DNA of 64,000 bases. Source: Euryarchaeota archaeon UBA557 (lineage in GTDB: Archaea > Thermoplasmatota > Poseidoniia > Poseidoniales > Thalassarchaeaceae). The position numbers and the translations under genes were made by a program. The notes below the pieces were generated by a model. It saw only the letters and a list, made by a program, of their open reading frames with translations. It ran no database searches and was not told where the DNA came from. The stretch covers positions 8,337-72,336 of the forward strand of contig DARI01000013.1 of the NCBI GenBank assembly GCA_002503285.1. Reading direction: 5' to 3'. Shown in pieces: positions 1-8,441 of the stretch (the first letter of the stretch is position 1; each line of letters starts with the position of its first letter).

Positions 1-2526
1 CATTACAATTGCATCCTGCATGTTGTATCCGTGATAGCTCATAATTGCCACAACTAGATTCTGACCACCAGGTCTTTGATTGAATTTAGTAGAATCCATA
101 GCCCTAGTTCCTACAATTGACCTCTGTGGATAATGCATAATATGTGCCCTTGTATCTGGCCTTAGACGGTAATTTGCGCTAGATAATCCGAGACTTTGTT
201 TCACCATAGCTGTTCCGCCTGTAACTCTAGGGGTAGAGTTATGCTCAGGATATGGAATTAAAGATGCGCAAACTCCCAAAATCAATTGTGGGTCAATTTC
301 CACATGAGTGAAAATTAAAACAGTATTACCTTTCTTCTCTTTTCTTTTTAGAGCATCCATATCGTCTTGGTAATAATTTAATGGTAATTTGAATTTTTCA
401 ACTATAGTTTTACCATTTGGAAGGTGAATTTCAGCAGCTAATTTGGCATGAGAAATATCATGTTCCCCGAGATTGAGCCACTCGACTTTATCGGGATTAA
501 TAGGCCTTTTATTCTTGGGTGAATGTGAAGGCAGATCATATGGCCTTGGAGCAATTAAAAGATCTTCTTCTTCTTCTGCATCAACCCATTCTACTACTCC
601 ACTTCTAACGAGATCATTGAAATCTAATTCATTTGATCTAAGCGCATCAAGATGCGCTTTTGATAGTGTTAAGCTTCCATTATCAATTACTAATAAAGGT
701 CGAAGAATTCGTCCTCTATCAGTATTAATGAATACATCTTTATTTTCTGTATCATGTCTAATACTAACTTCATGTCTAATTTTGCCTTGCCTTCTGCGGC
801 GCTTAAATTGGCTAACTAACTTCTGAGGTCTTTTATGTAATCCAAATATATCTCCATTTACGTGGACTCTCGAACCATCTGCCCAACCATCGGGATTATC
901 ATTGACACCAGTTTCCTTTAATAATTCTTTAACATCTCCTTCTGCTACTTCCTCTGAAACGTCAATCATCTGCGCTGCATTCTTAACTAATCCACAATTT
1001 TGGCCTTCCGGGGTTTCGTTAGGGCATAATCTACCCCATTGCGTAGGATGTAAATCACGTGCTTCGAAATGAGGTTGACTTCTGACTAGCGGGCTTGTTA
1101 CTCTCCTCATATGGGACAGTGCAGAGAGGAATGTAGTCCTGTCCAATAATTGACTAACTCCGGAACGCCCTCCGACCCAATTACCAGTTGCAAGTGCATG
1201 CATTATTTTAGAAGTTAAGACATCCGGCCTCAAGCATGAATTTATTTTTAATTCTCTTTTACGATTGTGATGTCTTTCTAATTGATATTTCAAATCCCTG
1301 GCCAACTGCTGTAAGCTAACTCTGAATAAATCTTCGATTAAATCACCTGCTAATCGAACTCTTTTATTTGCATAATGATCTTTGTCATTTGGATCTTTGT
1401 TATTAATTGCCATTTCTAAGACTTGTCTGACAATTCTACCTAGGAAAATAGCCTTTTTCTGGCGGTGTTCATAAGCTGCACCCAGGTGAGGAAGTAGCTC
1501 TTTGTCAAGCAGATTTTGAATTCTTGATTCTCGATATTCTTTTTGTTGACCTGCTGCAAACTTCTTTTCTAGCCAAGCCAATGCTTCTTCTTCATTCTCA
1601 ACACCATATTCTTCGTTATCCTTAACATCATTAAGGTTGGCTACTGTATATTTCATTGCTTCGACTGGTCCGGCTATTGAAGAGAAGATTTCCCTATCAT
1701 TAGACATCCCTAATGCCCTCATCAAAAGTACTACTGGAATTGCCGTAGTTCCTGCACTTGGAATTTTTACCATCAACATTCCATCTCTTCGCTTTTCAAC
1801 ATTTAATGGTTTACGAACACCATCTTTTTGCGAAAATATTTTTGCGACTTCTGTATCATGCGCGTATTTCTTATTTCTCTCCACGGTAACTCTATTTGGT
1901 GCTAAATCTTCCATCGATATGAGTACTCTTTCTGTACCATTTATTATGAAATATCCGCCTGGGTCAACTGGATCTTCGCCAAATTTTCGTAGTAACTTGA
2001 CATATTGTTCTGCATCTTCAGGAGATGTATCAGGAGATAATTTTCTATTTGAGTCGATATTGTTAGCATGCAAATTACATCTAGCAGATCTAACCATTAT
2101 TGGAAGATTTCCAATGTGTACATTCTTTTCGTCCATATATCCCAAATCAGCACCAGGAGATGGGGGTAAATCATCCCTGTATATTCTAAAATCTAAATAT
2201 ACTGGCGCAAAATACGTTAATTTCCTTAATCTACATTCCATTGGAGTTGCAGGATGTTCTGCACCGTTGGCTTCCCTAATAGTTGGTTGACCTAATCTAA
2301 TATTTTTTACTCTGACAACTATTTCTTTTTCTAAAACATCCAGTTTGATTAAGCCACCTTCGGTTTCGTCGACTTCAAAATCATCACTACCAATTCTAAT
2401 GTTTCTTACGATTTTTTCCATCCTACTTGCCTTACCATCTGAAAGTGGTATGCAATCATTATAAGATGCGAGTTGGTGATTTACTAAACTTCTTTTATCA
2501 AAATAACTTTTTACGATTTCTTTCAT
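1..2526 (-). CDS. rpoB: DNA-directed RNA polymerase subunit B (Rpo2). Covers the N-terminal ~840 codons; the C-terminal part lies beyond the left edge.
   Basis: Hand translation of the minus strand from the ATG at 2526 gives MKEIVKSYFDKRSLVNHQLASY. Around 1000-1220 it reads KIMHALATGNWVGGRSGVSQLLDRTTFLSALSHMRRVTSPLVRSQPHFEARDLHPTQWGRLCPNETPEGQNCGLVKN, the conserved core block of RNAP second-largest subunits. The track lists no stop-terminated minus ORF in 1-2539, so the frame appears open to the edge. The gene is therefore unsplit, with no B''/B' break. Confidence 0.9.
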   Translation of the reverse strand, partial: MKEIVKSYFDKRSLVNHQLASYNDCIPLSDGKASRMEKIVRNIRIGSDDFEVDETEGGLIKLDVLEKEIVVRVKNIRLGQPTIREANGAEHPATPMECRLRKLTYFAPVYLDFRIYRDDLPPSPGADLGYMDEKNVHIGNLPIMVRSARCNLHANNIDSNRKLSPDTSPEDAEQYVKLLRKFGEDPVDPGGYFIINGTERVLISMEDLAPNRVTVERNKKYAHDTEVAKIFSQKDGVRKPLNVEKRRDGMLMVKIPSAGTTAIPVVLLMRALGMSNDREIFSSIAGPVEAMKYTVANLNDVKDNEEYGVENEEEALAWLEKKFAAGQQKEYRESRIQNLLDKELLPHLGAAYEHRQKKAIFLGRIVRQVLEMAINNKDPNDKDHYANKRVRLAGDLIEDLFRVSLQQLARDLKYQLERHHNRKRELKINSCLRPDVLTSKIMHALATGNWVGGRSGVSQLLDRTTFLSALSHMRRVTSPLVRSQPHFEARDLHPTQWGRLCPNETPEGQNCGLVKNAAQMIDVSEEVAEGDVKELLKETGVNDNPDGWADGSRVHVNGDIFGLHKRPQKLVSQFKRRRRQGKIRHEVSIRHDTENKDVFINTDRGRILRPLLVIDNGSLTLSKAHLDALRSNELDFNDLVRSGVVEWVDAEEEEDLLIAPRPYDLPSHSPKNKRPINPDKVEWLNLGEHDISHAKLAAEIHLPNGKTIVEKFKLPLNYYQDDMDALKRKEKKGNTVLIFTHVEIDPQLILGVCASLIPYPEHNSTPRVTGGTAMVKQSLGLSSANYRLRPDTRAHIMHYPQRSIVGTRAMDSTKFNQRPGGQNLVVAIMSYHGYNMQDAIVM

Positions 2527-2539
2527 CTAAATAACTCCC

Positions 2540-3127
2540 TTAAGCTCTCTCCACTACTAATCTGTAGGCAATACTTGTGCCTGCTGATCTACTATATCTT
2601 TTTACTTTCATTACCCTGTTGGTAAGCCAACCTGCTAATAGAGTATCATCTTCTGCTTCTGTCATTTCTTTAATTGCCTGAACTGCAGGATCTGTAATAA
2701 GAATTTTAGGCAATAATTCTTTTGCAAGTCTATCTTTCCCTTCAAAATCTTTTTCCATTAAATTCCATGGAGATAATTCGATTTCCTCATTTTCAATTGG
2801 CACTAGTTCATGATGAGGGACTAGTATGTGATTCAAAACGTTAAATCTATCATCGCCCTGAGGTATATCTTCGTCCAAAAGAGCATTTCTAGAAATTGTT
2901 ATTCTGCCACTTCTACTTCTTTTTCTTGAAGCCATTTGTTCCCGGATTACTGCCATAATAATTTCTAAGTCAGCACTCCCCAGTTCAAGGTCAACTTTTT
3001 TTGCGACTTGTTCGACAGTCATCCTTTTTATAGCATCCATATTGGCATCGTCGGCCAATTTATGGGCTCTGTCTTCAGGTACACCTAGTTCTATCAGCCT
3101 TTTTTTAGTTGAACTTTTTACTGCCAT
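2540..3127 (-). CDS. rpoH: RNA polymerase subunit H (Rpb5-like) with a ~110-aa N-terminal extension
   Basis: The C-terminal ~80 aa (FNVLNHILVPHHELVPIENEEIELSPWNL...LPKILITDPAVQAI...VMKVKRYSRSAGTSIAYRLVV) fit the RpoH/Rpb5 C-terminal pattern (H.LVP.H ... LP.I...DP ... R.S..AG...YR.V). The gene lies directly upstream of rpoB, as in archaeal rpoH-rpoB operons. Confidence 0.75.
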   Translation of the reverse strand: MAVKSSTKKRLIELGVPEDRAHKLADDANMDAIKRMTVEQVAKKVDLELGSADLEIIMAVIREQMASRKRSRSGRITISRNALLDEDIPQGDDRFNVLNHILVPHHELVPIENEEIELSPWNLMEKDFEGKDRLAKELLPKILITDPAVQAIKEMTEAEDDTLLAGWLTNRVMKVKRYSRSAGTSIAYRLVVERA

Positions 3128-3178
3128 ATTCGCCTTCCCCTTACCTGCAAAAAAGCATGAACCAAGAGCTTAGTCAGG

Positions 3179-3252
3179 CGGGCCTGACGGGATTCGAACC
3201 CGCGGCCGACGGGTTAAAAGCCCGTCGCTCTACCTGACTAAGCTACAGGCCC
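3179..3252 (-). tRNA. tRNA-Lys (anticodon UUU), 74 nt, no encoded CCA
   Basis: The reverse complement folds by hand into a cloverleaf: GGGCCTG TA GCTT AGTCAGGTA GAGC G ACGGG CTTTTAA CCCGT CGGCC GCGGG TTCGAAT CCCGT CAGGCCC G. It has a 7-bp acceptor stem, a TTCGAAT T-loop, and anticodon loop C-U-UUU-A-A. Confidence 0.9.
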
Positions 3253-3375
3253 ATAGCATATGCTGGGCTATCAGCCGTCCTAGGAGGGGTTTAAGAATCT
3301 AACTAACCAAGCAGTGTTGAGAGCTGAGGAAGCTCCCCGTACTGCAACAGGGAATGAGCATCCATAGGGCGCTTA

Positions 3376-4764
3376 TTGCATAAAGGTTTTCAAAAAAATG
3401 AGATTATTAAGATGGATTTAATCAGCCAGAATATATTGTTTAAAATTGATAAAATATGTTCGTTTAATTTGAATGTCCCTAAAACTGTTTATGTGCCTAG
3501 AGAAGATACATATTTACTCGCTGATGCCATAATCAAAATTGGAATTAAAGTAGGAAATGCTATGGAAATTGGGTGTGGTTCCGGAGCGTTGACATTGTTG
3601 ATGGCCCATCTAGGTTGGAGAGTCAGATCTTGCGATATCAACCCGAATGCAGTAATAGCAACAAAGACTAATGCAAAGAACAATGGCCTAGACAGTAAAG
3701 TCATTGTAGAACACAATGGAATTGGTGATAAATTGAAATTTGGTTCAAATTTAAATCTAATTATATGGAATCTCCCCTACTTAAATCCATTAAAGGCTGA
3801 TGATGAGCATTTGGAATTTATAGAGGATGCAGCATATATTGATATCGATAATGGAGGTTGGAGTGAAAAACTCATAAAAGAATTAAAAAAATCTAAAATA
3901 TCAGATGAATGTGTAATATTATTATTATTTCGAGTTCGCCCAATTAGCCCTAGTTCACCTTTATCATGGAAGTTGCAAGGATGGGCCTCAAGAAGAATTA
4001 ATTATTTGATAATTGGTGATGAGAAATTAGAAGTCCATGCATTTTGGAAACCAGGTTTTAATCAACAACCACTCATATTAGATGAATGTGAGAGCACTAT
4101 GGACGAAGCTAAATTACTATCAACAAAGGGATGGAATAGAGTCGTCGCAAACAAACAAATTAATGGCAGAGGAAGGAGAAGCTCAATCTGGAATTCAAAA
4201 TCTGGAGATCTGACAGCAACATGGTTAATATCAAAATCAATGTTGAAGGATATTCAAATTGGCTTATTACAAATTGAGATAGGATCGATAGTTGCAAACG
4301 CATTGGCCGCCAATTTAAAATGGCCGAACGACATATTTTCTAATGATTTCAAGAAAATTGGAGGAATAATACTAGAGTCTAGTGATACGGAAAATCATAT
4401 TAGATTAGGAATTGGAATAAATAAAGATCCAAGAGACATCGGAGGAATCGGCGCATCCGGATGGATTGAGAAATTTGATAAATATACTAATATGGATATA
4501 TTTGCACTAATAGATGCTGCTTTGTCCTCAAGGTTTGAGGTTAATTGTATTAAATCGGATATTAAATATTTAGATTGTTTCGAAAATTCATGGACCTCAT
4601 TATCACAATTTTTATCTAGGGGCGTAAGTGTATCAATACATAACAATAAATTCCAAGAACGAGTAGTGAAATTAAATGAAAATGGTTCTTTGGATTTTGT
4701 TAATTATAATAAAATAATCAATAGCAATATGATAGATGACATAAATTGGAGATATTTTGTTTAA
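3376..4764 (+). CDS. Fusion protein: N-terminal HemK/Mtq2-type SAM methyltransferase plus C-terminal biotin--protein ligase (BirA catalytic domain)
   Basis: The N-terminal part reads VYVPREDTYLLADAI...MEIGCGSGALTLLMA...CDINPNAV...LIIWNLPYL, which gives SAM motif I and an NPPY-type motif as N-L-P-Y. The C-terminal part reads QINGRGRRSSIWNSKSGDLTATWLI and LKWPNDIF...KIGGIILES, matching the BPL GRGRxGRxWxS and KWPND motifs. The track start is TTG at 3376; the first ATG is at 3412 (MDLISQ...). Confidence 0.75.
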   Translation: MHKGFQKNEIIKMDLISQNILFKIDKICSFNLNVPKTVYVPREDTYLLADAIIKIGIKVGNAMEIGCGSGALTLLMAHLGWRVRSCDINPNAVIATKTNAKNNGLDSKVIVEHNGIGDKLKFGSNLNLIIWNLPYLNPLKADDEHLEFIEDAAYIDIDNGGWSEKLIKELKKSKISDECVILLLFRVRPISPSSPLSWKLQGWASRRINYLIIGDEKLEVHAFWKPGFNQQPLILDECESTMDEAKLLSTKGWNRVVANKQINGRGRRSSIWNSKSGDLTATWLISKSMLKDIQIGLLQIEIGSIVANALAANLKWPNDIFSNDFKKIGGIILESSDTENHIRLGIGINKDPRDIGGIGASGWIEKFDKYTNMDIFALIDAALSSRFEVNCIKSDIKYLDCFENSWTSLSQFLSRGVSVSIHNNKFQERVVKLNENGSLDFVNYNKIINSNMIDDINWRYFV

Positions 4765-5087
4765 AATTTAATCTCCATTCTTTCCCGTACTAATTTTATT
4801 TTACCTGAACTAGTAATCGTAGTAATTAATTTATGAGAATTAAGAATTTCAATAGATTCTTTATATGAATTAAGATCTATTTTGACGATGGAATAAGTTA
4901 CCTCATTTACAGTATTAAAATCATATAATTTCCAAATAGAATTTATTAATAAATCATCAAGGATTGCCTCAAATTTTTTTCTAGATCGGAGATTAGAATC
5001 TAGGGCTAAACCAATCCATCGATGCTTGCCTCTTTTGGCTTTAGTTAACCGCGCCATATGTTCCGAGAAGGGGTTTAACTTAACCAA
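4761..5087 (-). CDS. rnp2: RNase P protein component 2 (Pop5/Rpp14 family), probable
   Basis: KAKRGKHRWIGLAL near the N-terminus resembles the Pop5 K+RYI.F motif. ...ITSSGKIKLVRERM near the C-terminus resembles the Pop5 (V/T)SGTIK motif. The size is about 100 aa. The track start is TTG at 5087; the likely ATG is at 5057 (MARLTKAK...). Confidence 0.55.
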   Translation of the reverse strand: MVKLNPFSEHMARLTKAKRGKHRWIGLALDSNLRSRKKFEAILDDLLINSIWKLYDFNTVNEVTYSIVKIDLNSYKESIEILNSHKLITTITSSGKIKLVRERMEIKF

Positions 5088-6223
5088 TGATGGTGCGCCC
5101 TGCGAATATGGAGGCTACCACCTTTAGTGCTACCAGCAAAAACAATACCGGTTATGTAAATAAAAATAATGCAATTGCTAATCCTTCCACTTTACCGCAT
5201 TTTATTTTATTATTATTAAATGCTAGCATATTATATTTATTAATGAAATCAAACTATGGATTAATCGGTGCTAAAGGTAGTTCAATATTTCTTTCACTTG
5301 CAATCAGCTATTGTATTGCAGCATATATTTATACGACAGAATTTGGCCTGAAAACATTAAAAATTGAAGATAATGGAATGGGAATATTAACTACTAAATA
5401 TTGGTTTTTGGCCATAAAGGCTGTAATTCCAATGATTCTCATTTCATTGATTTTGATTGTAGTTATTAATTTATTTTTTACAGAAAGTGAAATTGATTAT
5501 TTTATGAGTTCTTTATTTATTGTAATGTCAATTGGGCAAGGAATATCGATAATTACTGGTGGAATCATTTACTATGATGGCAAAGGCATCAATAGAACAA
5601 GCAATAATACTGAAAATTATAGAATAATAAGAGTTGTTTTCACCATTATAATTTTTATTCCATTAATATGGTGGTTTGGATATGGCGCAGAAAATGCATT
5701 GGAAAAAAATTTAGTTATTAATTTATTATGGATTTTATATGTAATAACAATAGGATTGGTAGCGTATTTATTGGATAGATTTACGTCCAATGCTCGTAAT
5801 AATTTAGGTTTAAGTGGGGCAAAGGCGGATAAGTTTCTTTTATTGATGATTATTACAATTTCATGGCACCTGCTTAGTGCTTGGAGAAGGAATCCAATTT
5901 TAGTGGAATCTACTGATTTATTAATGTTATTTGAAGAGGGAGTATTAATGCTTGTTACCATATTACTTACTGTAACTGCATTGATAAAAAAAGGAAAAAA
6001 GAGAGGATGGAAAATATTTGAAGGGCAATCGGCAATTTTTTGGGGAGTGGCATTTGGATACGCATATTCTGGGAGCATTAGTTCGCTAACAATATTATCA
6101 GAAAGATTAACAGAAAGTAGTCTATTACAAACTACAGCCCTGGGCCATCTTTTAACTGCATTTGTAATTATCATAATATTACCAAGTTCGATTAAGAAGT
6201 TTATGATTTACGAAGAAGAATGA
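5087..6223 (+). CDS. Polytopic integral membrane protein, function unknown
   Basis: The long ORF has many hydrophobic ~20-aa segments. No catalytic motif was recognised. The start is uncertain; the first clear TM follows an internal Met at about 5243. Confidence 0.5.
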   Translation: MMVRPANMEATTFSATSKNNTGYVNKNNAIANPSTLPHFILLLLNASILYLLMKSNYGLIGAKGSSIFLSLAISYCIAAYIYTTEFGLKTLKIEDNGMGILTTKYWFLAIKAVIPMILISLILIVVINLFFTESEIDYFMSSLFIVMSIGQGISIITGGIIYYDGKGINRTSNNTENYRIIRVVFTIIIFIPLIWWFGYGAENALEKNLVINLLWILYVITIGLVAYLLDRFTSNARNNLGLSGAKADKFLLLMIITISWHLLSAWRRNPILVESTDLLMLFEEGVLMLVTILLTVTALIKKGKKRGWKIFEGQSAIFWGVAFGYAYSGSISSLTILSERLTESSLLQTTALGHLLTAFVIIIILPSSIKKFMIYEEE

Positions 6224-6239
6224 CAGGATTTAGTATAAA

Positions 6240-7145
6240 TTATATTCCGCTTAATACAGCTATTAACCTTAATTTTCCCAACATATTATCACTTGTTCTT
6301 GCACCAAGAATTACTTGACAATCCGGATCCAATATTGATAAAAAACCTTCAGAAACTTGCTCAAGATGTGCTAAAGTCATATCTGGGCCACCTTCTACTT
6401 GTATTAAACAACCCCTTGCACCCTGTACTTCAATATCATAAAGTGGCGATTTTTTAGCCATTTTAACTACATAATCTGGATCCTCAGTGCTCCCAGTACC
6501 AACTACTAGAGTTGTGTCTCCCGATTTATTTACTATTGTCTTTAAATCCATCAAATCTAGATTAATTTTACCAACTTTGGCTAAAGTTGTTACTAAACCT
6601 TCTATTAATTCTCCAATCCATTCGGATCCGGACTCCCAATCCGAATTTCTATCTTTTGCTTGCCATGCAAGGCGTTCCATACTCAATTTTATACATACAT
6701 CAGAAAAATTTTCAAGAGATGGCAATGTATGTTTTGCAATTGCTGACCGGAGAGGTTGTTCGGCAAAAGGGAGTCCAGCTATAGAAACAACGACACTGCC
6801 TGTATCTTGTGCCATCGCAGCAATTTCAGGTGCAACTCCCGAACCAGTACCTCCTCCCAATCCTGCCAAAATAATTACTAATTCAGAAGATTTTAATAAT
6901 GGCTTAAATTCATTTATACCCTCTTTTAATCTATGTTTTGCTACCCTACTAAGAGTTGCTGTCCCTTTATCATGGCCTCCTAAAGATAATTGCAAACAAT
7001 GTGCAGAATTAATTCCAGAAAAAGAATCTTTATCGGCATCAATTAATAGTAAATCTGCAAATTTAGCGCATCTTAAATGGGCTTGACTAGCCCACTTGCA
7101 TCCTATGCCTCCAGCGCCAACAATCAATATGCTACCGCGCTCCAT
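6240..7145 (-). CDS. FtsZ/tubulin-superfamily GTPase, short divergent paralogue
   Basis: The T1-like loop reads ILIVGAGGIGCKWA. The tubulin signature AGLGGGTGSGVAPEIA (T4) is intact. The T7-like motif is GKINLDLMDLKTI (N-x-D-x-x-D). The C-terminal domain is colinear with FtsZ (LVVGTG...ARGCLIQVEGGPDMTL...). There is no C-terminal linker or tail. Confidence 0.75.
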   Translation of the reverse strand: MERGSILIVGAGGIGCKWASQAHLRCAKFADLLLIDADKDSFSGINSAHCLQLSLGGHDKGTATLSRVAKHRLKEGINEFKPLLKSSELVIILAGLGGGTGSGVAPEIAAMAQDTGSVVVSIAGLPFAEQPLRSAIAKHTLPSLENFSDVCIKLSMERLAWQAKDRNSDWESGSEWIGELIEGLVTTLAKVGKINLDLMDLKTIVNKSGDTTLVVGTGSTEDPDYVVKMAKKSPLYDIEVQGARGCLIQVEGGPDMTLAHLEQVSEGFLSILDPDCQVILGARTSDNMLGKLRLIAVLSGI

Positions 7146-7176
7146 GCCTGTGGAAGAAGAGGTGAATTATATTATC

Positions 7177-7482
7177 CTAGTCATAATTTAGATATCTTTG
7201 ATAACGCCTTCTTTCATCCCTTGCCCAAGCGTTATCCGGCTCTAAAGCTAGAACTTGTTCGTATATCTTGATTGCATTTTTAAAATCTGATAAATATCTA
7301 CCTTGCATATGCCCCATGACATTTAAGATTGGTATACAATTTGGATTTTTATTTAGAAGTTCAATTAGAATATTTTCTGCCTGTGTGATTTCCATTAACT
7401 CCATATGATCTTCTGCGATTCCTAAATTATTGATTTCATATTCATTTAAATCATAAATATTTCTCCAAGTAGGGCCCGTCAT
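7177..7482 (-). CDS. Small TPR-like repeat protein
   Basis: The 101-aa product has a TPR-type segment (FKNAIKIYEQVLALEPDNAWARDERRRY). It lies directly upstream of the FtsZ-like gene on the same strand. Confidence 0.5.
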   Translation of the reverse strand: MTGPTWRNIYDLNEYEINNLGIAEDHMELMEITQAENILIELLNKNPNCIPILNVMGHMQGRYLSDFKNAIKIYEQVLALEPDNAWARDERRRYQRYLNYD

Positions 7483-7619
7483 AGACTTGCTAGGGGCTAC
7501 ATAGTTTTATATTTTCGAGAGTAACGGAAACTTGTTAAAATAGATAGTGAAGGAAAGTGGTTAACTGGAACCTTAATAGTCTCCTTTCAATTGGGTTAGA
7601 TTGTCATAGAGGCTAAAGT

Positions 7620-8441
7620 ATGAATAGTGCGATTTTGTCCTCAAAAAGAGTAATTGTTTTAGGGGCATTATTGATGTTTATGGCAGGTACTGGTCAAGCA
7701 ATTCATAGTGGCGTTGGAGGGGATGCAAATAATCAAGGAGAAGTGGCGATTGCTGGATGTACTTGCCACGCATCTGAACCAGATAATTCTGTAACGGTAA
7801 TACTTGATTCGGTGCCATATCATTATTCATACGGCGTAAGTTATAATATGGAAATTCAACTCATAGGAGGCCCAGAAATACTAGTTGGAGGTCAATCAGG
7901 AGGGTTCGCTCTAAGGGTCAGTAGTGGAACCCTAGAACCAGGAATAGGATATGAAAATTTAATTCAAAATTGGGAAAATGACCCATCAACACTTACACAT
8001 ACTTCGGCAGGATCTAAAGTTGAAGATAGGGCATGGCATATAATTTGGAATTCACCTGACGCTATGGAAGACGATACAACGATTACTTTTTGGCTAGCAG
8101 GAAACTCAGTAAATGGTGATAAAATCCCATCATCATTAGATAGGTGGAATAGATTAAGCGTGACTATCGAAGAAGGAGAAGATAATGGAAAAACTAGGAC
8201 CATATTTTCTGGCAATGGAGACATTAATCCTCCTGCCCCAGTAACTGATGAAATCGATTTGCACCACATGGGTGCAAAGTTAAGAGCACATTGGCTAGGA
8301 TTGCTAGGATTTGGTGCGGTGATATTAGTAATAGTATTTTGTGGTTTGTTTTTAAGATATGGATTTTCAAGACATTATGAAGGACGCAGTAATTTACTCA
8401 AATTGAGAATAAAATATCTCAGAAGGGGTGATCAACTTTGA
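7620..8441 (+). CDS. Exported, C-terminally membrane-anchored protein with a G-C-x-C-H motif; first gene of the Rieske/cyt b operon
   Basis: An N-terminal signal-like segment (VIVLGALLMFMAGTGQA) is followed by AIAGCTCHASEP. The body is beta-rich (GGFALRV, THTSAG, WHIIWNSPD, FWLAGNSVNGD). There is one C-terminal TM (WLGLLGFGAVILVIVFCGLFL). GAGG lies 8 nt upstream of the ATG. Confidence 0.6.
   Translation: MNSAILSSKRVIVLGALLMFMAGTGQAIHSGVGGDANNQGEVAIAGCTCHASEPDNSVTVILDSVPYHYSYGVSYNMEIQLIGGPEILVGGQSGGFALRVSSGTLEPGIGYENLIQNWENDPSTLTHTSAGSKVEDRAWHIIWNSPDAMEDDTTITFWLAGNSVNGDKIPSSLDRWNRLSVTIEEGEDNGKTRTIFSGNGDINPPAPVTDEIDLHHMGAKLRAHWLGLLGFGAVILVIVFCGLFLRYGFSRHYEGRSNLLKLRIKYLRRGDQL

Noticed and set aside
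473-2290. Plus-strand ORFs 473-826 and 1637-2290
   Set aside because: Both lie antisense within the minus-strand rpoB reading frame, whose translation gives textbook RpoB motifs. Their products are low-complexity Ser/Leu-rich shadow-ORF sequences.
3128-3375. tRNA-Lys as an integration site for a mobile element
   Set aside because: I found no integrase, no duplicated tRNA 3' segment, and no compositional break on either side. The flanking genes are core (rpoH, and a methyltransferase/biotin ligase).
5617-7086. Long antisense ORFs 5617-6174 (-) and 6487-7086 (+)
   Set aside because: They are opposite the membrane-protein gene and the FtsZ-like gene respectively. The sense-strand products have clear TM or FtsZ motifs, and the antisense products have no recognisable features.
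7740-7790. C-T-C-H in the exported protein read as a c-type haem-binding site
   Set aside because: The canonical motif is CxxCH, and here only one residue separates the cysteines. It is also not a complete Rieske site, because no box I is present. It is kept only as an unexplained conserved-looking motif in the findings.
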